DNA of 64,000 bases from Anaerolineales bacterium (GCA_046538105.1 JBKHJO010000002.1:31730-95729), one strand, 5' to 3'; numbered from the stretch's first letter, positions 51,381-61,826 are shown. The notes: generated by a model not told the origin, from the sequence alone. Numbers and translations: made by a program.

Positions 51381-51413
51381 TCGCCGCGAACTATTACCCA
51401 CCGGGCCGGTCCG

Positions 51414-52334
51414 CTATTCCTCCAGCCCACCAAGATCCGCACTACGATGCAGGGTCGAGGGGCTCGCAAAGCCGCTGGACGTGATCTGACCACTGCCGCC
51501 AAAGAGACGGATTTTGTGCCGCACCACCTCTTTTACATTCTCGCGGGAATAGGCCAGGAACTTGCGGGGATCCACGTTATCGGGCATCTCGGCCATACCT
51601 TCTTTGAGGCCCCGTACAAAGCCCTGATTGAGCATGGTGGCCACATTGATCTTGGCGATACCATGCTGGATGGCCGCCACCTCGCTCTCCTCTTGTACAC
51701 CGGAGGAACCGTGCAAGACAAGGGGAATATCAACTTTCTCGTGGATCGCCTTGAGTCGCTCGATATTCAACTCCGCCTCGGCCTCCTTCATGGCATGCAC
51801 CGAGCCTATGGCCACCGCCAGGGAATCACAGCCGGTGCGAGCCACAAAATCCACCGCCTGATCGGGATCAGTCATAGCCGCCTCGACTTCCTCTGGCGTG
51901 ACGTCGTCCTCCGACTGCAGCACACGTCCCAACTCGGCCTCCACGGGGATATCCACGATATGCGCGATCTCGGCGATCCTGGCAGTAGTGGCCACGTTCT
52001 CATAATAGGGCAGTTTGGAGCCATCGAACATCAGTGAGGTAAAGCCCGCTCGCAGGCAGCGCACGTTCTGAGCAAAGTCCGTGCCGTGATCCAGATGCAG
52101 CGCCACGGGGACATCCGCCCTCCCGCCGATCACCTGCACCAGGGCAGCAGCAGTCTCCAGGCCCGCGTAGCGGATCGCACCCTGACTTACCTGCAGAATC
52201 ACCGGCGCGCGCTCCTCCACGGCGGCCTCTACGATGGCCTGTACCTGCTCCATATTGTTGGCATTGAATGCCCCGACGGCATAGTGCCCTTCCATCGCTG
52301 CGCGAAGCATCTCCTTGGTCGATACGAGGGTCAT
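51414..52334 (-). CDS. fba: class II fructose-bisphosphate aldolase
   Basis: Start at MTLVSTKEML (52334); class II aldolase motifs (PVILQVSQG, LHLDHG, GSVHAMKEAEAEL). Confidence 0.8.
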   Translation of the reverse strand: MTLVSTKEMLRAAMEGHYAVGAFNANNMEQVQAIVEAAVEERAPVILQVSQGAIRYAGLETAAALVQVIGGRADVPVALHLDHGTDFAQNVRCLRAGFTSLMFDGSKLPYYENVATTARIAEIAHIVDIPVEAELGRVLQSEDDVTPEEVEAAMTDPDQAVDFVARTGCDSLAVAIGSVHAMKEAEAELNIERLKAIHEKVDIPLVLHGSSGVQEESEVAAIQHGIAKINVATMLNQGFVRGLKEGMAEMPDNVDPRKFLAYSRENVKEVVRHKIRLFGGSGQITSSGFASPSTLHRSADLGGLEE

Positions 52335-52524
52335 ATTGTCGACTCCTTTTACATATTTTGCGGCAAGCAACTCCCATCAGGCGAGGAAGAGATTTTCACA
52401 GGGGCGACGGGATATGGAAATGAGGTTGCTGCCTCATCACATCGGCGGGCAATCCCGTCCCCCATTCGTATGGTGAAAAACGCTTTTTCCTGCTTGCCAA
52501 GATGTACCTTCTAAAGTATCATCA

Positions 52525-52607
52525 TGCCGAAGGTGGGATTCGAACCCACACGGAGTTGCCTCCAGTGGTTTTTGAGACCACCGCGTATTCCTTTCCGCCA
52601 CTTCGGC
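52525..52607 (-). tRNA. tRNA-Leu (anticodon CAA)
   Basis: Hand-folded on minus strand: acceptor gccgaag/cttcggc, anticodon loop ctCAAaa, long variable arm (tggaggcaactccgt), T-loop gggttcgaatccc, discriminator A. Confidence 0.8.
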
Positions 52608-52621
52608 TGGATTCAATCAAG

Positions 52622-52650
52622 AGTATAGATAGATTGGACTGCCCCGTCAA
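52622..52650 (-). promoter_or_regulatory. sigma-A-type promoter (TTGACG-17-TATACT) for tRNA-Leu
   Basis: Minus strand TTGACG 52650-52645, 17-nt spacer, TATACT 52627-52622, 14 nt upstream of tRNA 5' end. Confidence 0.55.
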
Positions 52651-52712
52651 ATCCCTGGGCATCCGGATTGCCAGCCATCATATGCTCAAACAACTGCCAA
52701 TAACGGAAAGTC

Positions 52713-53327
52713 ATGGACGAGAAGGAAATCATCAAGACGGCTCAACAGGGCGACGTGGAAGCGTTCAACCAACTCGTGCGTTCCTATGAGCAACTCGCCT
52801 ACAACGTCGCCTATCGCATCCTTGGCGACTATGACAGGGCCATGGATGCCACGCAGGATGCCTTTCTGCGTGCCTATCGCGCCCTGGACCAATTCCGGGG
52901 CGGCTCCTTCAAATCCTGGCTCTTGCGCATCACGACCAACTGCTGCTACGACATATTACGCGACAAGCAGCGCCATCCCAGCACCCCCGTTAACGACCTC
53001 GTGGAGAATCCGGAACACAGTGACATCCTGGAGGATCACGCCGAGTCCGCCGAGAATGGTCTCGTGCGCGAGGAACTGGGGCTGGGCATTCAGCAGGGAT
53101 TGAACACGCTGCCCTACGATCAGCGTGTAGCGGTGATTATGGCCGACATACAGGATATGAGTTATGAGGAGATCGCCCAAGTGACATCTGTCCCTCTCGG
53201 GACGGTCAAGTCGCGCATCAATCGCGGCAGAAAAAAACTCCGGGATTACCTTTTCGAGCACAGGGAACTTTTGCCCGAGGAATTCCGTCTATTATATGAA
53301 TCGGAAGACAGCAGCCAGACAGGATAG
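52713..53327 (+). CDS. ECF-type RNA polymerase sigma factor
   Basis: 204 aa; region 2 (FKSWLLRITTNCCYDILRDK), region 4 HTH (MSYEEIAQVTSVPLGTVKSRINRGRKKL). Confidence 0.8.
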   Translation: MDEKEIIKTAQQGDVEAFNQLVRSYEQLAYNVAYRILGDYDRAMDATQDAFLRAYRALDQFRGGSFKSWLLRITTNCCYDILRDKQRHPSTPVNDLVENPEHSDILEDHAESAENGLVREELGLGIQQGLNTLPYDQRVAVIMADIQDMSYEEIAQVTSVPLGTVKSRINRGRKKLRDYLFEHRELLPEEFRLLYESEDSSQTG

Positions 53328-53333
53328 CAGAAG

Positions 53334-54158
53334 ATGGCCTTTCGCCTCGACCACAGGTTTACACAAGAGAATTTGTCCGCTTACCTGGATGGGCAGTTAA
53401 CAGCCAAGGAGAGAGGGCGCGTGGAACGCCATCTCGCCGAATGCTCCCGTTGTCAGGAGGAACTAGAGTCGCTTCACAACACCGTAGAGTTGCTGCACGC
53501 CGTTCCTCCCATTCCGCTACCCCGTTCCTTTGATCTGCCAGCCTCGGCCGAGGAGGAGCGAGAGCACTACCGTTTCTGGAGCCGCATGCATATGGCACTC
53601 CGAACGGCCACGGCTGTGGCCTCCCTGCTGCTGGTACTGTTCCTCTCGGGGGATCTGGCGATCAGTCAGGGGCTCATTCCCCTGCCTGGGCAAACCACAA
53701 AAGCACCACAAGAGGTAGATATGGCGGTGGAGATGGCCGAGGTCCCTCAAGAGGAGACGCAGGCTCCGTCCCCCTCGCCTTGGGAGGAACCAGAAGGCAT
53801 GGAAGAAGAGATTCCTACAACGGCGGAACATGTAACGGAAGAGATCAGCCCGGAGAAGGCAGCCGAGCCCGAGGTTGGGATATTGGAGAGGGATCCACTG
53901 CCGGAAGCATCGGAGACAGCAGGCACTCCTGCCACGACCACGCCCCAGACAACCACGAAAGCGCCACCCAGGCCACCCGAACCCACGGCCACGATGGCAC
54001 CCCCTTCACCGAGGGACCATCCACCTGCCGAACCGGACCAGCACCCCGTGTGGAGGATATGGAAGTGGCTACGTACGGGATGGACGGCCCTCTCGGGCCT
54101 GCTCCTTGTGCTCGTCGCTGGCCTGCTCTGGACGTGGCAAAAGCGCCGCCTCCGCTGA
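53334..54158 (+). CDS. zf-HC2 anti-sigma factor, membrane-spanning, Pro-rich C-terminal tail
   Basis: 274 aa; HxxxCxxC motif (HLAECSRCQEEL), TM segments, immediately after sigma gene. Confidence 0.7.
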   Translation: MAFRLDHRFTQENLSAYLDGQLTAKERGRVERHLAECSRCQEELESLHNTVELLHAVPPIPLPRSFDLPASAEEEREHYRFWSRMHMALRTATAVASLLLVLFLSGDLAISQGLIPLPGQTTKAPQEVDMAVEMAEVPQEETQAPSPSPWEEPEGMEEEIPTTAEHVTEEISPEKAAEPEVGILERDPLPEASETAGTPATTTPQTTTKAPPRPPEPTATMAPPSPRDHPPAEPDQHPVWRIWKWLRTGWTALSGLLLVLVAGLLWTWQKRRLR

Positions 54159-54401
54159 TTCACTTCGCGGCTGAATGAAATTGACAGAGGGAACGATGAT
54201 TTGTCCCCGACGAATAGTCGGTATATATTTTTATGTACGTCTTTCCGTTAGCGATTGATCTCAAGAATTGTCGGAAGGCGAACCTCGAGGAGGAGGCGGC
54301 CCCAGCACAGGTTATGCGCTAGTACACTTCTGATAAGTGAGAAACCGATTGTGTCCTGGGTCTATGTGGGTCCGGGCACTTTTTTTTTCTTGGAGGTAAG
54401 A

Positions 54402-55703
54402 ATGTCCGATTATGAAAAAGGGGTTTTAAACATCCTGGCTGACGGCTCGTGTGAACCCCATGTCGCGATACACGAACTGCTGCTCGATGTCGATCCTAGC
54501 GTCGCCCGGGCGCTGGAAGGCGAAAGAAGGCGAGAAGAGGAGACCATCAACCTCATCGCCTCCGAGAACTATGCCAGTGAGGCCGTGCGCGCGGCCCAGG
54601 GGACCCTGTTCACAAACAAGTATTCCGAAGGATATGCTGGACGACGTTACTATGGGGGATGCCAGTATGCGGATGCCATCGAGGAACTGGCCATCCAGCG
54701 GGCCAAAGAACTGTTCGACGCGGATCACGCGAACGTGCAGCCCCACTCGGGCTCTCAGGCCAACGCGGCGGCCTATATGGCCATTCTCGATCCCGGTGAC
54801 CGCGTCCTGGCCATGAGCCTGGCCCATGGAGGCCATCTAACTCATGGCCACAAATTGAGCTTTTCCGGCCAACTATACGACTTTCGCCATTATGGCGTGC
54901 GGCGTGACACAGAACGCATCGATTATGACGATCTGGCCTCACAAGCCCAAGACTTTGAGCCCAAACTAATCGTGGCCGGCGCCAGCGCCTATCCGCGCAC
55001 CATCGATTTCGCCCGTCTTCGACAGATCGCCGACGACGTGGAAGCCTACCTCATGGTCGACATGGCGCACATCGCCGGTCTGATCGCGGCTGGCGTCCAT
55101 CCCAGCCCCATACCCTTTGCAGATATCGTGACGGCGACGACACACAAGACCCTACGTGGCCCCCGCGGAGGACTGATCCTTTGTACGGAGAAACTGACCA
55201 GGGCCATCGATAGGGCCGTCTTCCCAGGGACTCAGGGTGGTCCCTTGATGCACGTCATAGCGGCCAAGGCGGTGGCCTTTGGCGAAGCGCTGACCCCCGC
55301 ATTTGACCGCTATCAGCACCAGATCGTGCACAATGCCCAGACGTTGGCCGGGGCACTGTCTGAGGAAGGACTGCGCCTGGTATCCGGGGGTACGGACAAT
55401 CACCTCATGCTGATCGACCTGGCTCCCCACGATCTGACGGGACGCAAGGGCCAGAACCTACTGGAGGAGGCGAACATCATCTGCAACAAGAACCGCATCC
55501 CCTTTGACCCGCTCCCCGCCCGAGTGACGAGCGGCATCCGTCTGGGAACGCCCGCCGTGACCACCCGTGGCTTTGGTGAGGAGGAGATGGAAGAAGTGGC
55601 GGATCTCATTCTCCGGGTCATACACGACACGGACGACCCAAGGACTCTGCAAATCGTGGGCGAACGGGCCCTGGAACTCTGCCACGCCTTTCCCCTTCAC
55701 TAA
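54402..55703 (+). CDS. glyA: serine hydroxymethyltransferase
   Basis: Start ATG 54402 after RBS GGAGGT; PLP-lysine region [15 protein letters not shown]; ORF-track 54255 start is a leader read-through. Confidence 0.9.
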   Translation: MSDYEKGVLNILADGSCEPHVAIHELLLDVDPSVARALEGERRREEETINLIASENYASEAVRAAQGTLFTNKYSEGYAGRRYYGGCQYADAIEELAIQRAKELFDADHANVQPHSGSQANAAAYMAILDPGDRVLAMSLAHGGHLTHGHKLSFSGQLYDFRHYGVRRDTERIDYDDLASQAQDFEPKLIVAGASAYPRTIDFARLRQIADDVEAYLMVDMAHIAGLIAAGVHPSPIPFADIVTATTHKTLRGPRGGLILCTEKLTRAIDRAVFPGTQGGPLMHVIAAKAVAFGEALTPAFDRYQHQIVHNAQTLAGALSEEGLRLVSGGTDNHLMLIDLAPHDLTGRKGQNLLEEANIICNKNRIPFDPLPARVTSGIRLGTPAVTTRGFGEEEMEEVADLILRVIHDTDDPRTLQIVGERALELCHAFPLH

Positions 55704-55724
55704 GGGGGGACATATCGACCGCTT

Positions 55725-56480
55725 TTACGAATACAAGAACCTCCGTAGTCGGGCCGGATGGTCCGTGATGATGCCATCGACATCAAGAGCGATCATCTCG
55801 CGCATCCTCTCCGCCTCGTTCACCGTCCAGACGTTGACGCGGTAGCCGTTTTCCTTTGCCCAGCGGATATATTCCTCATCCACCACGCTGTGATGGGGAT
55901 GTAGGGCCTGGGGCTGTACAAGATGCCGCCATATGCGGGGGGAAGAGCGAAGGGAGCCGGGAGTGTAGAGTAACCCCCGTTGAATCTCTGGGGCGACATT
56001 TCTCAGGCGCATGAGAACGAGGGGGTTAAAGGAAGAGATGAGTATCCTATCCTCATATTCCCGGGCGCGAATCATGTCGGCGATTTCTTCCTCCAGCCCT
56101 TCGCTGCGGAGCCCCTGGCTCTTGATCTCTATATTCAACCTGATGCCCCCCTCCACAAAGGGCAACACGTCGTCCAGCGTGGGAATGCGCTGGCCTGCAT
56201 GCTCGGGGCCAAACCAGGAGCCCGCGTCCAACATGCGAAGGCTATCCTTTGAGATAGTGCGCACCAGCCCGGAACCGTCCGTCGTGCGGTCGACCGTATC
56301 ATCGTGCACAACCATCAACTCCCCGCTATGACACCGCATCACATCCATCTCTATCCCATCGGCGCCCGCCTCCACGGCTGCCCGAAACGCCGCCAGAGTA
56401 TTCTCCGGCGCCACAGCGCTGGCGCCGCGATGGGCGATGATCAGCGGTTTCTTGGCGTAAAACGTGTTCATGGCCGGCAT
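55725..56480 (-). CDS. glycerophosphodiester phosphodiesterase
   Basis: 251 aa; IIAHRGASAVAPENT, EMDV motifs of the GDPD family. Confidence 0.75.
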   Translation of the reverse strand: MPAMNTFYAKKPLIIAHRGASAVAPENTLAAFRAAVEAGADGIEMDVMRCHSGELMVVHDDTVDRTTDGSGLVRTISKDSLRMLDAGSWFGPEHAGQRIPTLDDVLPFVEGGIRLNIEIKSQGLRSEGLEEEIADMIRAREYEDRILISSFNPLVLMRLRNVAPEIQRGLLYTPGSLRSSPRIWRHLVQPQALHPHHSVVDEEYIRWAKENGYRVNVWTVNEAERMREMIALDVDGIITDHPARLRRFLYS

Positions 56481-56496
56481 ATTCCTCCAAGTATCC

Positions 56497-57522
56497 TCAT
56501 CGCGGGAACGAGCGCTCCGTCCACTGCCCAGGATCGACGGCCACTCCTCCCACGCGCAGTTCCCAATGCAGATGCGACCCCGTGGACAATCCGGTCGAGC
56601 CTATCTCCCCAAGCACATCTCCCTGCTCCACAGACTGCCCCACCTCCACACCAATATCATCAAGGTGGTAGAATCCACTGAGCACACCAGCGCCGTGATC
56701 GAGGATCACCGCTCCCCCACGCACTTTTAGCACCTCAGCCAGAACTACCACCCCCGGCGCAGGGGCGTAAAAGGGATCGCCGGTCGCCCCGCGTATGTCG
56801 ATACCCGCATGATAGGACTGAATCTCACCGCCGTACCGACGCCTGGTGCCAAAATGAGATGTGATGGCTCCCTCACAGGGCCAAGAGAAAGAATGTTCCC
56901 AATGAACCTGCGGGGTGAACGTCGCATATACCTCTGTCAGCCGCAGCAATTCGGGACGCGTGTATTGAGGATCCAGGAGTTCGCTCACTTTTGGTGTAAA
57001 GTGGATCGTCTCACGCTCATAGTCCCCGGACACGACATACAGCGACGTCTGGAGGATCACCTGGCGGCCATCCAGGCCTTGGGCCACTACCTCCAAGGGA
57101 TGAGGGCCCAACTGATCCAGGGCCTGCATTCCCACCAGGCAATAATGTTCCAACTCACTCACAGAGACGAATTGCAGGGAACGGCCGCCGACGCTCCCCC
57201 ACACATGACTGGGAAGGTTCGTGCGCACCCATACGACAGTGGTGCGCCCCTGCATCACCTCAGACTGTTCCAGATCCACTTCCGCCTGTAGGGGCAATGG
57301 CGTGGGAGTGGATGTCTCTGTGGGAGTGGGCGAGGGCGTATACGTCGCCGTGGGCGTAAAAGAGGGCGTAGGTGTGACGGAAGGCGTCGGCGACGGTATC
57401 ACAGTAGATGTCGGACTCATTCCCACAAAAGGCCCTGCACAGGCACACGTCGCGACCAGAACGAGGAACAGAAAAAAGCACGAGCCTCCCCTGGCTCCCT
57501 TGAAACCTTTGGACACGATCAC
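56497..57522 (-). CDS. M23-family peptidase with Pro/Thr-rich linker (cell-wall endopeptidase)
   Basis: 341 aa; lipoprotein-like signal, PSPTPSVTPTPSFTPT linker, C-terminal M23 motifs HxxxD (YHAGIDI) and HLHWE. Confidence 0.75.
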   Translation of the reverse strand: MIVSKGFKGARGGSCFFLFLVLVATCACAGPFVGMSPTSTVIPSPTPSVTPTPSFTPTATYTPSPTPTETSTPTPLPLQAEVDLEQSEVMQGRTTVVWVRTNLPSHVWGSVGGRSLQFVSVSELEHYCLVGMQALDQLGPHPLEVVAQGLDGRQVILQTSLYVVSGDYERETIHFTPKVSELLDPQYTRPELLRLTEVYATFTPQVHWEHSFSWPCEGAITSHFGTRRRYGGEIQSYHAGIDIRGATGDPFYAPAPGVVVLAEVLKVRGGAVILDHGAGVLSGFYHLDDIGVEVGQSVEQGDVLGEIGSTGLSTGSHLHWELRVGGVAVDPGQWTERSFPR

Positions 57523-57584
57523 AGGCCCTCTCCCTATCCAACGAAAATCTTAGCGCGACGCCTCACCCCGCACCGCCATATATT

Positions 57585-59663
57585 CTACACCTCAGGAGGC
57601 GGCCATTCAGGCCATTCGGGGCGCCGCTCCTCTGCCTCCTCGGCCCCCGATATCATGGGCTCGTAGATGTCTTCCAGATCCAGATCGCACAGGCGTTTGC
57701 GCGTCGGCCGGCCGGTGCTCGGGTCCCATCCCAGATGCTGGTAATACTCTTTCCTGACGGGCTCTATCTTTTCGCGGTCCAGGGCATATTTCTCGCCGAG
57801 AATGGGGTTCTCCCAGTTCTCCTCATAGGTAAAGGAGGGCAGGACGCTGTCGTCCATGCCGCGATCGCGTCCCCAGTGGCGGACGCACAGGGCCCGCTCT
57901 AGCGTGTAGATACGTTCTGCCGCCTGCTCGAACTCCTCCTCGTCCCACTCGGTGCCCGTCCCCAGGCGGAACAGATGATAGTCCACAGAGGGACCTTCCA
58001 CCTCACCGACGCGGAAAAAGCGATCCTCGCTCGTGACGCTATAAATGAGAGGGAAGACCTGATCGTCGGTGGGCACGCAATCCTTCATCACGGAACGCTT
58101 GTCGTGATAGTAGGCCGGATAGGCCTTTTCCTTATAACCACTTCTGGGGTCCAGGGCCTCGGCACTGCCATAGACGCGCTCGCTGATGCCCCGAATGTGA
58201 TCCCAGGTCACCTCCACCTCGCGCCAATTTCGGATGGCAAAGGGTGCCCAACGCATGATGTTCTGTACATAGCCATGGCTGCTACTGTAGGGATCCCGCG
58301 TATCCGTGGACCACTGTAACGTAGACACGAGCCAGTAGGGAAAAACGAGATAATTCAGCCAGCAGGCGTGGGCATCCCAATGGCCCCCATAACCCCACCC
58401 GGTATAGTATCGCCGCGCAAAGCCCTGTCCCATGCCCAATTCCTCGGAAGCGCGCAGGCCGCCCTTGGCCAGTGCGTCGCCCATCCCCTCGCGATAGGCG
58501 ATGGCGTGCAGGAACTGAGCCCAGAACTCGGGATCCTGCCAATCCATGGGCATACCGTTCATCTCGTCGACAAGGCCGGCGTTCTGGCAGCGCTCCAGCC
58601 AGGGCACCATGCTCACAATGAGATCCCATTGATTCAACCCGTAGCGATTGCTGAGCACGTTCATCTCGAATCCACCATAGAGGCCCAGATTCCAATCATA
58701 GAGCCCACCATAGGATATGGGGCCATCCTCCGATTGCCCTGGGAAGCAACTACCCACGCAGGCCATATGTCCCTCGTAGGTGCGCTCAGGATGGGCCACG
58801 CCAGGCATGTTGGTATAGTAGCGATTACAGGGCGTGGGACAGGCGGCCGTGCAGGCATAATGGCGCACGCGACCACCCCGATCCGATTCCAGTTTCTCGT
58901 TCGCCGATTCCAGATCGCGCAACGGGCGATTGGGGCGCAATTCGTTTCGCACAGCACCGACGAAATCGCGAAACTCTTCCCTATGGGCCACCGACACGCG
59001 TCCGCTACCCACCACAGAGATGGCTTTTAGTTTTTTGGAGCCCATGACGGCGCCAAAGCCTCCCTGCCCCGCCGCCGAGGAGGTGGCCGCATGTATCGTC
59101 GCAATCCGGCTGAGGCGCTCGCCTGCGGGGCCGATGATCAGGGGCTTGACGCGGGAATCCACCTCATTCTCAAGGGCTTCCATAGTCTCATAGGTATCGA
59201 GGCCCCACAGGTGATCGGCCGGCGCGATACGTACCTCATCATCACGGATCACGATCTGTACCGGCGTGTCGCTGGCGCCAGTGACGATGATACCATCGTA
59301 ACCGGCCTTTTTCAGTTCAGCGCCCCACTGGGCCCCGATGTTGGCCCGCGTGAACCAGGAGTATGGGTAAGCCTGGGGACTAAAGCCGCAGACTGCAGCG
59401 CGCCCGGAATAGGGGGAAACCGTCCCCGTGAGGGCCCCCGCCATGACCATGAGGGGATTCTCGGGGGCCAAGGCATCCACGGGATCGGGATAATCTTCCC
59501 AAGCTAAACGCGCTGCCAGACCACGTCCGCCCAGATAATCGGGGACATATGGCTCGACCGGCTCCACCTCTATAGACCCATTGGAAAGATCGACGCGCAG
59601 GATACGATTGACCCAACCATGCAACGGTGCAAAACGCTCCACGTTTACTGCTATCTCTTTCAT
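57585..59663 (-). CDS. aldehyde:ferredoxin oxidoreductase family (tungsten/pterin) enzyme
   Basis: 692 aa; AOR N-terminal domain (GWVNRILRVDLSNGSI), Cys-rich 4Fe-4S/pterin region (CTAACPTPC). Confidence 0.7.
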   Translation of the reverse strand: MKEIAVNVERFAPLHGWVNRILRVDLSNGSIEVEPVEPYVPDYLGGRGLAARLAWEDYPDPVDALAPENPLMVMAGALTGTVSPYSGRAAVCGFSPQAYPYSWFTRANIGAQWGAELKKAGYDGIIVTGASDTPVQIVIRDDEVRIAPADHLWGLDTYETMEALENEVDSRVKPLIIGPAGERLSRIATIHAATSSAAGQGGFGAVMGSKKLKAISVVGSGRVSVAHREEFRDFVGAVRNELRPNRPLRDLESANEKLESDRGGRVRHYACTAACPTPCNRYYTNMPGVAHPERTYEGHMACVGSCFPGQSEDGPISYGGLYDWNLGLYGGFEMNVLSNRYGLNQWDLIVSMVPWLERCQNAGLVDEMNGMPMDWQDPEFWAQFLHAIAYREGMGDALAKGGLRASEELGMGQGFARRYYTGWGYGGHWDAHACWLNYLVFPYWLVSTLQWSTDTRDPYSSSHGYVQNIMRWAPFAIRNWREVEVTWDHIRGISERVYGSAEALDPRSGYKEKAYPAYYHDKRSVMKDCVPTDDQVFPLIYSVTSEDRFFRVGEVEGPSVDYHLFRLGTGTEWDEEEFEQAAERIYTLERALCVRHWGRDRGMDDSVLPSFTYEENWENPILGEKYALDREKIEPVRKEYYQHLGWDPSTGRPTRKRLCDLDLEDIYEPMISGAEEAEERRPEWPEWPPPEV

Positions 59664-59904
59664 TCTGCTCCCATTTCATACATCACGTGTGCTACTGTCC
59701 AGATTCACCAGGACACGTCCCCCATTATATGCACAGACGCCAAACCCGACAAAGGCCCCGACGCGAATCACGAACGCGTACAACAAGTTCCTCTCGATTG
59801 GTTCGCCAGCGGTCAGTCGTCCGGCACGAATTTTGAAGAGAGCGACGTCTGCACTATGCTATCTGACGGTCAATCCACTATATCGAGTTTACGGATTGGA
59901 TCCT

Positions 59905-60579
59905 ATGTGGCAACGGTTAACGGATGGCGTGCGGGCGACGCTCCCCTTGGCCCTGGGCGTGGCGCCTTTTGGCATCGCCTATGGCACGGTGGCAGGGGAA
60001 GCCATGATGCCCTGGCAGGCCTCGCTCATGTCCGTCACCGTGTTTGCCGGGACGGCCCAGTTTGTCACCGCCAGCATGTTGAGCCAGGGGGCAGGCCACC
60101 TGGCCGTGCTGATCACGGGCCTATTAATCAACATGCGCATGGTTCTCATGAGCGCCAGTCTGGCCGCGCATCTGGACGACGTGCCTCGACTTCTCTATAT
60201 TCCCATGGCCCATCTGCTCACGGACGAGAGCTTTGCCGTGAGTGTTGCCGCGTTTGAGAAACGAACGGGCGACCCCCTCTTCGTCGTGGGCTCTGGCCTG
60301 ACGATCTTTTGCACGTGGCAGATCACCACGGCCGTGGGACTGGGATTTGGCACCCAACTCCCCGCCGGCCTGGGACTCACATATGCCCTGCCGGCCAGTC
60401 TGATCTGCCTCCTGTTCCTCCTTATCCAAGACCGCTTCAGTGTCGCCATCTCGGGTCTCGCCGCCCTGCTGAGCCTGGCCGCGTTGCCCCTGTTGCCAAG
60501 CACCTGGAGCCCCCTCGTGGCCACGCTGATCGCCGTCACTCTAGGAGTTATATGGAAACAATGGCAACCACGTGGCTGA
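59905..60579 (+). CDS. azlC: branched-chain amino-acid exporter AzlC family
   Basis: Start ATG 59905 (MWQRLTDGVRATLPLALGVAPFGIAYG); ORF-track start 59581 overlaps AOR gene. Confidence 0.65.
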   Translation: MWQRLTDGVRATLPLALGVAPFGIAYGTVAGEAMMPWQASLMSVTVFAGTAQFVTASMLSQGAGHLAVLITGLLINMRMVLMSASLAAHLDDVPRLLYIPMAHLLTDESFAVSVAAFEKRTGDPLFVVGSGLTIFCTWQITTAVGLGFGTQLPAGLGLTYALPASLICLLFLLIQDRFSVAISGLAALLSLAALPLLPSTWSPLVATLIAVTLGVIWKQWQPRG

Positions 60580-60878
60580 TCCTGGCTCTGGCCCTGGGTA
60601 CCTTTGCCTGGCGCTTTGTCCCTTTTGCCGTGCTGACGCGGATCGAACTGCCCGATTGGGCCAGGGAGTGGCTGCGCCTGGTGCCCGGGGCCATCCTGGC
60701 TGCCTCCCTGACCCAAACCCTGCTGGTGCAGGGGAACCGCATCAACCTGTCCTGGGCAAATATTGAACTTCTGGCCGCCCTCCCCGCCTTTCTCGTGGCC
60801 TGGCGCACCAGGAGTATGATACTGACCATGCTCTCCGGCATGCTCAGTTATGCCCTGCTACAACACGTTTTCTTCTAG
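60552..60878 (+). CDS. azlD: AzlD-family small membrane protein
   Basis: Start ATG 60552 after AGGAG; 108 aa, 3-4 TM; overlaps azlC stop. Confidence 0.6.
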   Translation: METMATTWLILALALGTFAWRFVPFAVLTRIELPDWAREWLRLVPGAILAASLTQTLLVQGNRINLSWANIELLAALPAFLVAWRTRSMILTMLSGMLSYALLQHVFF

Positions 60879-60890
60879 GATACAACGCCC

Positions 60891-61826
60891 CTACTCCAAT
60901 GGAAGGGCGTGCTCCTCCACATAGTCCTCGACCATGGACATCTGCGAGGGACGGACGTGGAAAAAGGCCTCCGCATATTCCAGTCCGTACCGCCGGCCCA
61001 GATCGCGATAGGGATCCAGACAGAAAAGCTCTATATAGGCGCGATCGGCTTCCTCGTCGGTATCGCCCAGTTTCGGCAGACGCAAGCCCCGCGTTGCCAG
61101 CCGCTCCTTGAGACGGGAGCCCTGGGATCCGGCCGGCCCCTGGGATTTGTTCACGCTCATAGCCTGTATCTTTTGATCCATCACATCCGAGATATCCACC
61201 ACGCGATTATAGGGCTGTCCAGGCCGCGCCACCCAATAGTATTTTTCCTGCACGGCATGGGGCTCCAGCCCCGCCGCGAAATGCTCCGTATAATCCTTGT
61301 CCATCCCCGCCATCCAACAGGCCGCCTCTACGGCCTGGGCTGTGACATAGTGGTCGGGATTCTCCTCCCCATGTCCCCAAGGATTGAAGGTAAAGATGGT
61401 ATCTACTTGTAACAGGCGAAAGAGAAAGATCAGCCGCGCCCGCAACTCGAGAGGCGAGACGGCATCCATGCGATGGTTGCGGTATTCCAGATTAAAGACC
61501 TGGTCGAAACCCAACACCTGGGCCAGGGCCTGTACTTCCTCCTCGTTGCTCAGCACTGTCTTTCCTATGCTCGTCGTCGGACCGCATTTCTCATCGTTCG
61601 TGGTTTGAATGAGGTGTGCTGTATAGCCCTCAGCGATCAGCTTAGCGACGGTTCCCGCACAGAAAAAGGGAATATCGTCCGCATGTGCCTGTACCGCTGC
61701 CAACACCTTGCCACTATGGGGCTTTTCCTCCCTCATAGTCTCAACGAAAACATTTTGCTCATCACCACGCGTCATCTCGTGCACAAACATGCTCGTTGCT
61801 CCTTCCCATGCAAAGTTTGAGAACAA
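60891..61826 (-). CDS. PIG-L/LmbE-family N-acetylglucosaminyl deacetylase
   Basis: 311 aa; N-terminal LAAVQAHADDIPFFCAG (AHxDDE-type motif). Confidence 0.6.
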   Translation of the reverse strand: MFSNFAWEGATSMFVHEMTRGDEQNVFVETMREEKPHSGKVLAAVQAHADDIPFFCAGTVAKLIAEGYTAHLIQTTNDEKCGPTTSIGKTVLSNEEEVQALAQVLGFDQVFNLEYRNHRMDAVSPLELRARLIFLFRLLQVDTIFTFNPWGHGEENPDHYVTAQAVEAACWMAGMDKDYTEHFAAGLEPHAVQEKYYWVARPGQPYNRVVDISDVMDQKIQAMSVNKSQGPAGSQGSRLKERLATRGLRLPKLGDTDEEADRAYIELFCLDPYRDLGRRYGLEYAEAFFHVRPSQMSMVEDYVEEHALPLE

